This document shows, piece by piece, positions 28,213 through 31,356 of a DNA stretch of 31,356 nucleotides. Each line of letters begins with the position of its first letter. The first letter of the stretch is position 1. This stretch comes from Deltaproteobacteria bacterium TL4 (GTDB lineage: Bacteria; SAR324; NAC60-12), in the NCBI GenBank assembly GCA_051382335.1, contig JBBCAX010000123.1, positions 1 to 31,356 on the forward strand. The letters run 5' to 3'. The notes under the pieces were generated by a model that worked only from the letters and a program-made list of their open reading frames with translations, made no database searches and was not told the DNA's origin. Position numbers and translations under genes: made by a program.

Positions 28213-28578
28213 CAATAACAAAACGGTGGGGCTTTCTACTAAAGTTTTTGCGTTTATACCAACAACGGGCGTTGAGCCTGAATTTATCCTGGTTGGTGGT
28301 GGGAGAAGAAGGTTAAAAAATTCAACATTAAACATTTCGCGATAGTGATTAGTTATTTCAATGGGGTCTCAGTTTTCTTACTACAACAATATGCATTGTA
28401 AATCATAACGATCGTCTGGCTGGAATGGGCGCTATTTTTCATCAAATCATGGGGAGAATGGGTAGCTTAACTTTTTTTAAAATACGCACTTGACACTGAA
28501 CCAAAATAGAACACAGAATCAATTTTTTTGTGATGCATCGTTTTATTTCCAGATACCCCAAAATGATTGAGGATGCTT

Positions 28579-29523
28579 ATGAATTCAACTCCTGCTTTAG
28601 AACTACACCAGGTTTCTAAGTCTTTCAAACAGGTAAAAGCAGTCCAACAGGTGGATCTCAACATCAAGCAAGGGCAGGCTGTTGCCCTTTTGGGACCCAA
28701 TGGCGCAGGGAAAACCACTTTGATGGATTTGATTGAAGGCGTCCAGGTACCCGATTCTGGAACCATTCATATTTTTGGTAAAAGTTGGCAAAAGAATGCC
28801 AAAGAACTCCGTCAGATGATCGGTGTCGCCTTTCAGGAAACCTTACTTTTTGACAAGTTAACCGTCCTGGAAACGCTGAACTTGTTTCGAAGTTTTTATA
28901 GTCCACCTCATCGAAGCAGTGAAGAAATATTGCAGACGGTTGGATTGGCGGAACACCATGCCAAGCACGTGATCACGCTCTCAGGAGGACAGCGTCAAAA
29001 ACTGGTGTTGGGGCTTTCACTCATCAACTATCCTAAAATGATTTTACTGGATGAACCGTCTACAGGACTGGATCCGAATTCCCGTCGAGAAATATGGTAT
29101 GTGTTACAAGCGTTGAAACAGCAAAATACCACGTTTGTTCTCACAACCCATTATATGGAGGAGGCGGAATATTTATGTGATCACATTGTGATCATGAATC
29201 AAGGCCGAATCATTGAACAGGGGAGTGTTTCGGATTTATTGAAAGATTTGCAACAAACAGAAATTATTGAACTTCTCATTTCCGCAGACCTCTGGTACAA
29301 CAAAGCCCGATTTCTTCTGGCCGAGATTCCTGGGGTGTTGGAAACACACTGGAAGGAATCCAAGCTTAAAGCAACCCTGCTTGTACAAAAAATAACCTTG
29401 GTTTTACCTCGAATTCTGCAAGCTCTCGAAAGCAATACCATCCATGTGGACGGACTAGAATGCCGACGAAAAAATCTGGATGATTTGTTTATCACTATGA
29501 CCGGGAGACATTTAGATGAATAG
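28579..29523 (+). CDS. ABC-2 type exporter, ATP-binding subunit
   Basis: GPNGAGKT, LSGGQ, LLDEPSTGLD and TTHYMEEAE motifs. ATG 28579 follows a GAGG RBS. Confidence 0.95.
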   Translation: MNSTPALELHQVSKSFKQVKAVQQVDLNIKQGQAVALLGPNGAGKTTLMDLIEGVQVPDSGTIHIFGKSWQKNAKELRQMIGVAFQETLLFDKLTVLETLNLFRSFYSPPHRSSEEILQTVGLAEHHAKHVITLSGGQRQKLVLGLSLINYPKMILLDEPSTGLDPNSRREIWYVLQALKQQNTTFVLTTHYMEEAEYLCDHIVIMNQGRIIEQGSVSDLLKDLQQTEIIELLISADLWYNKARFLLAEIPGVLETHWKESKLKATLLVQKITLVLPRILQALESNTIHVDGLECRRKNLDDLFITMTGRHLDE

Positions 29524-30625
29524 TGCTTTGCTTCAGTTGGTGCTTTCTCAAATGAGACTGTTCTTTCGCAATCCAGGCGTTCTGTTCTGGTCGTTTTTGT
29601 TTCCCCTGATTCTTTCCTGGATCCTGGGAATTTCTTTTGATCAGCGTGGAGAAAGTCTCAGAAATATTGCGGTGCTTGAGGAAGGAGGACAACCCCCTGT
29701 TGAGTTTTTATCCTGGTTTCAAAGGCTGACAGGTGTTGAAATTCCAGCATCCAGTCTTCAAACCGGGCAATTTGATATTACGCTCAGATCTCCGGGGGTG
29801 GATACCACCCATTTTCGTTTTCATCTTCAAACTGGTGAAGAGATAGAACGAGCTCTGAAGCGTACCAAAATTCTGCTATTCATGACTTTCCCAAATCCGG
29901 ACAGCCCAACCTTTCATTTTGATCCCCAAAATGCTGAAGCCCAACTTTGTTATTTATTGCTTACACGGTTTTCCGCAAAAGAGGGAACACTTTCCAAGAC
30001 CGACGTCAAGACGCTTCAAACTCAAGGAACACGTTATATTGATTTTCTGATTCCAGGACTTCTCGCCTTGTCCGTTATGAACACCTGTTTATGGGGGGTT
30101 GGATGGGTGCTGATTGAAATGCGGATTAAAAAGCTTCTGAGACGCATTGTGATTACACCTCTGAACAAATCTGTTTTTTTGATTTCTCAGATGCTGACAC
30201 GGTTGTTGATGGGCGGTCTGGAGTTTGTCTGTACTTTTGGTTTCGCCTATTATTATTTTGGGGTACGGATTCAGGGGAGTTTGATGGGATTGTTGTTAAT
30301 TGCTCTCTCTGGTTTTTTCTGCTTTTTCGGGATTGCTGTGCTTATTTCTTCCAGAGCCGCAAGCACCCAGGCTGGAAATGGTCTGATCAACACGATCAAC
30401 ATGCCTATGTTTATTACCTCAGGTATTTTTTTCAGTTATCATTCCTTTCCTGACTGGCTTATCCCCTGGATTCAATACCTGCCACTGACTTTATTAGCCG
30501 ATGGACTCCGTGGAGTTTTTGTGGAAAGCCTCTCAATTCAGGAACTGCTACAACCCTCTTTGATGCTTTTGATCCAAGGCAGCATTAGCTTTTATCTCGG
30601 CTTGAAAATTTACAAATGGTATTAG
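29516..30625 (+). CDS. ABC-2 type exporter, permease
   Basis: One N-terminal TM helix, a large loop, YIDFLIPG, SGIFF and LPLT motifs. Overlaps the ATPase gene by 8 nt. Confidence 0.93.
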   Translation: MNSALLQLVLSQMRLFFRNPGVLFWSFLFPLILSWILGISFDQRGESLRNIAVLEEGGQPPVEFLSWFQRLTGVEIPASSLQTGQFDITLRSPGVDTTHFRFHLQTGEEIERALKRTKILLFMTFPNPDSPTFHFDPQNAEAQLCYLLLTRFSAKEGTLSKTDVKTLQTQGTRYIDFLIPGLLALSVMNTCLWGVGWVLIEMRIKKLLRRIVITPLNKSVFLISQMLTRLLMGGLEFVCTFGFAYYYFGVRIQGSLMGLLLIALSGFFCFFGIAVLISSRAASTQAGNGLINTINMPMFITSGIFFSYHSFPDWLIPWIQYLPLTLLADGLRGVFVESLSIQELLQPSLMLLIQGSISFYLGLKIYKWY

Positions 30626-30723
30626 GTGGAACGACAGCTCTCCTTGATTGTATTTTTTTGTTGGGGGTATTGATTGGTGCATTGACGAGGTGCAAATGAA
30701 GGTGGGTCGTCCCTGAGAAAAGC

Positions 30724-30915
30724 GATAGTGTCCCAGAATGACTTACCCAGCTTTAGCTGGGTAAGTGATCCACTCTTCAGTACTCCAGATAGGGTCAGTT
30801 AATCCAGCGGCCATAGCAGGAGTACGTTTTCTACGCTGACCTTTGTCGTCTTCAAATGTTGAAAAGGCAGAATTCATATTATTTCTATAGCAGGAAGTCA
30901 ATCTGGGACACCACC
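30724..30915 (-). mobile_element. Internally deleted IS1-like element (192 bp)
   Basis: TIRs GATAGTGTCCCAGAAT (30724-30739) and AATCTGGGACACCACC (30900-30915) match 13/16. The element encodes RTPAMAAGLTDPIWSTEEW, a C-terminal motif I recognise from IS1-like transposases. Confidence 0.75.
30743..30877 (-). pseudogene. Transposase remnant mini-ORF (44 aa)
   Basis: Hand translation gives MNSAFSTFEDDKGQRRKRTPAMAAGLTDPIWSTEEWITYPAKAG*. Confidence 0.7.
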
Positions 30916-31340
30916 CTTTTTAAGGGGATATCTTTCAGCGGATACGCAAGATTTCAGCAAGGGAGGCGATTGAACGGCAACGCCTTGAAACGTTGTAAGC
31001 GATGGCAATTTAAAATATTTAAGCCTCAGCATTGCTTTTCATCGTTTGAAGGAGAGACAACAGATGGTCTTTATCATTGTTTTTTGCACCTGTTTGATAA
31101 TGATTTTTTTCATTTTCAAGATCCCTTAACAATGTTTTAAAGATAACGCTATCGCTAAATTCCATTTGATAAGACTTGGTTTTATCAATGATTTTATTTA
31201 TGAGTCTGTTTATTTATCCTAGAGAACGCAAATACATCTAACTATCTGAAATAATTTAGATTAATTGAAAGAGTAACTTGACTAATTATCCAAGAAATGA
31301 TAGTTATCCTCTTGATATTTAAGGATAAATTCAAGTTTTC

Positions 31341-31356
31341 AGGAGAATGTGCCATG
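31341..31356 (+). other. RBS and start codon of a gene that continues beyond the window
   Basis: AGGAG, 8 nt, ATG (31354-31356), after a long AT-rich promoter-like region. Confidence 0.5.

Noticed and set aside
27623..28345. ORFs 27623-27889 (-) and 28040-28345 (+)
   Set aside because: No recognisable product; they cross repeat elements and have unprotein-like composition.
30856..31140. 94-aa plus-strand ORF
   Set aside because: It starts inside the IS remnant, crosses its TIR and has no motif.

Overview
A 31-kb bacterial chromosomal window of moderate GC. The gene types suggest a deltaproteobacteria-like or SAR324-like lineage, but that is an inference only. It is mostly housekeeping, envelope and signalling genes: nadD, an archaeal-type glyA, hldE, a DsbA-like protein, aroK, pyrG, an LptA/OstA-like protein, an FKBP, rlmB, a Na+/H+ antiporter-EIIA fusion, an MCP, a 1634-aa kinase-ATPase-GAF-cyclase, GTP-PEPCK, a SpeD-like proenzyme and an ABC-2 exporter. 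No rRNA, tRNA or CRISPR was seen. The intergenic DNA is rich in small mobile elements: REP-like doublets enclosed in IS-like terminal inverted repeats (one in two near-identical copies), a 192-bp internally deleted IS1-like element and a probable IS21-like end. The most unusual observations are: (i) a 747-aa LptA-like protein carrying six ~65-aa helical repeats; (ii) a long hairpin between speD and pckG whose six substitutions are all G-U compatible on the transcribed strand; (iii) the composite TIR+REP miniature elements; (iv) an orphan atypical (PI3/4K/HipA-like) kinase-fold protein; (v) an HldE with a degenerate adenylyltransferase domain. All calls come from reading motifs by eye; no database searches were run.
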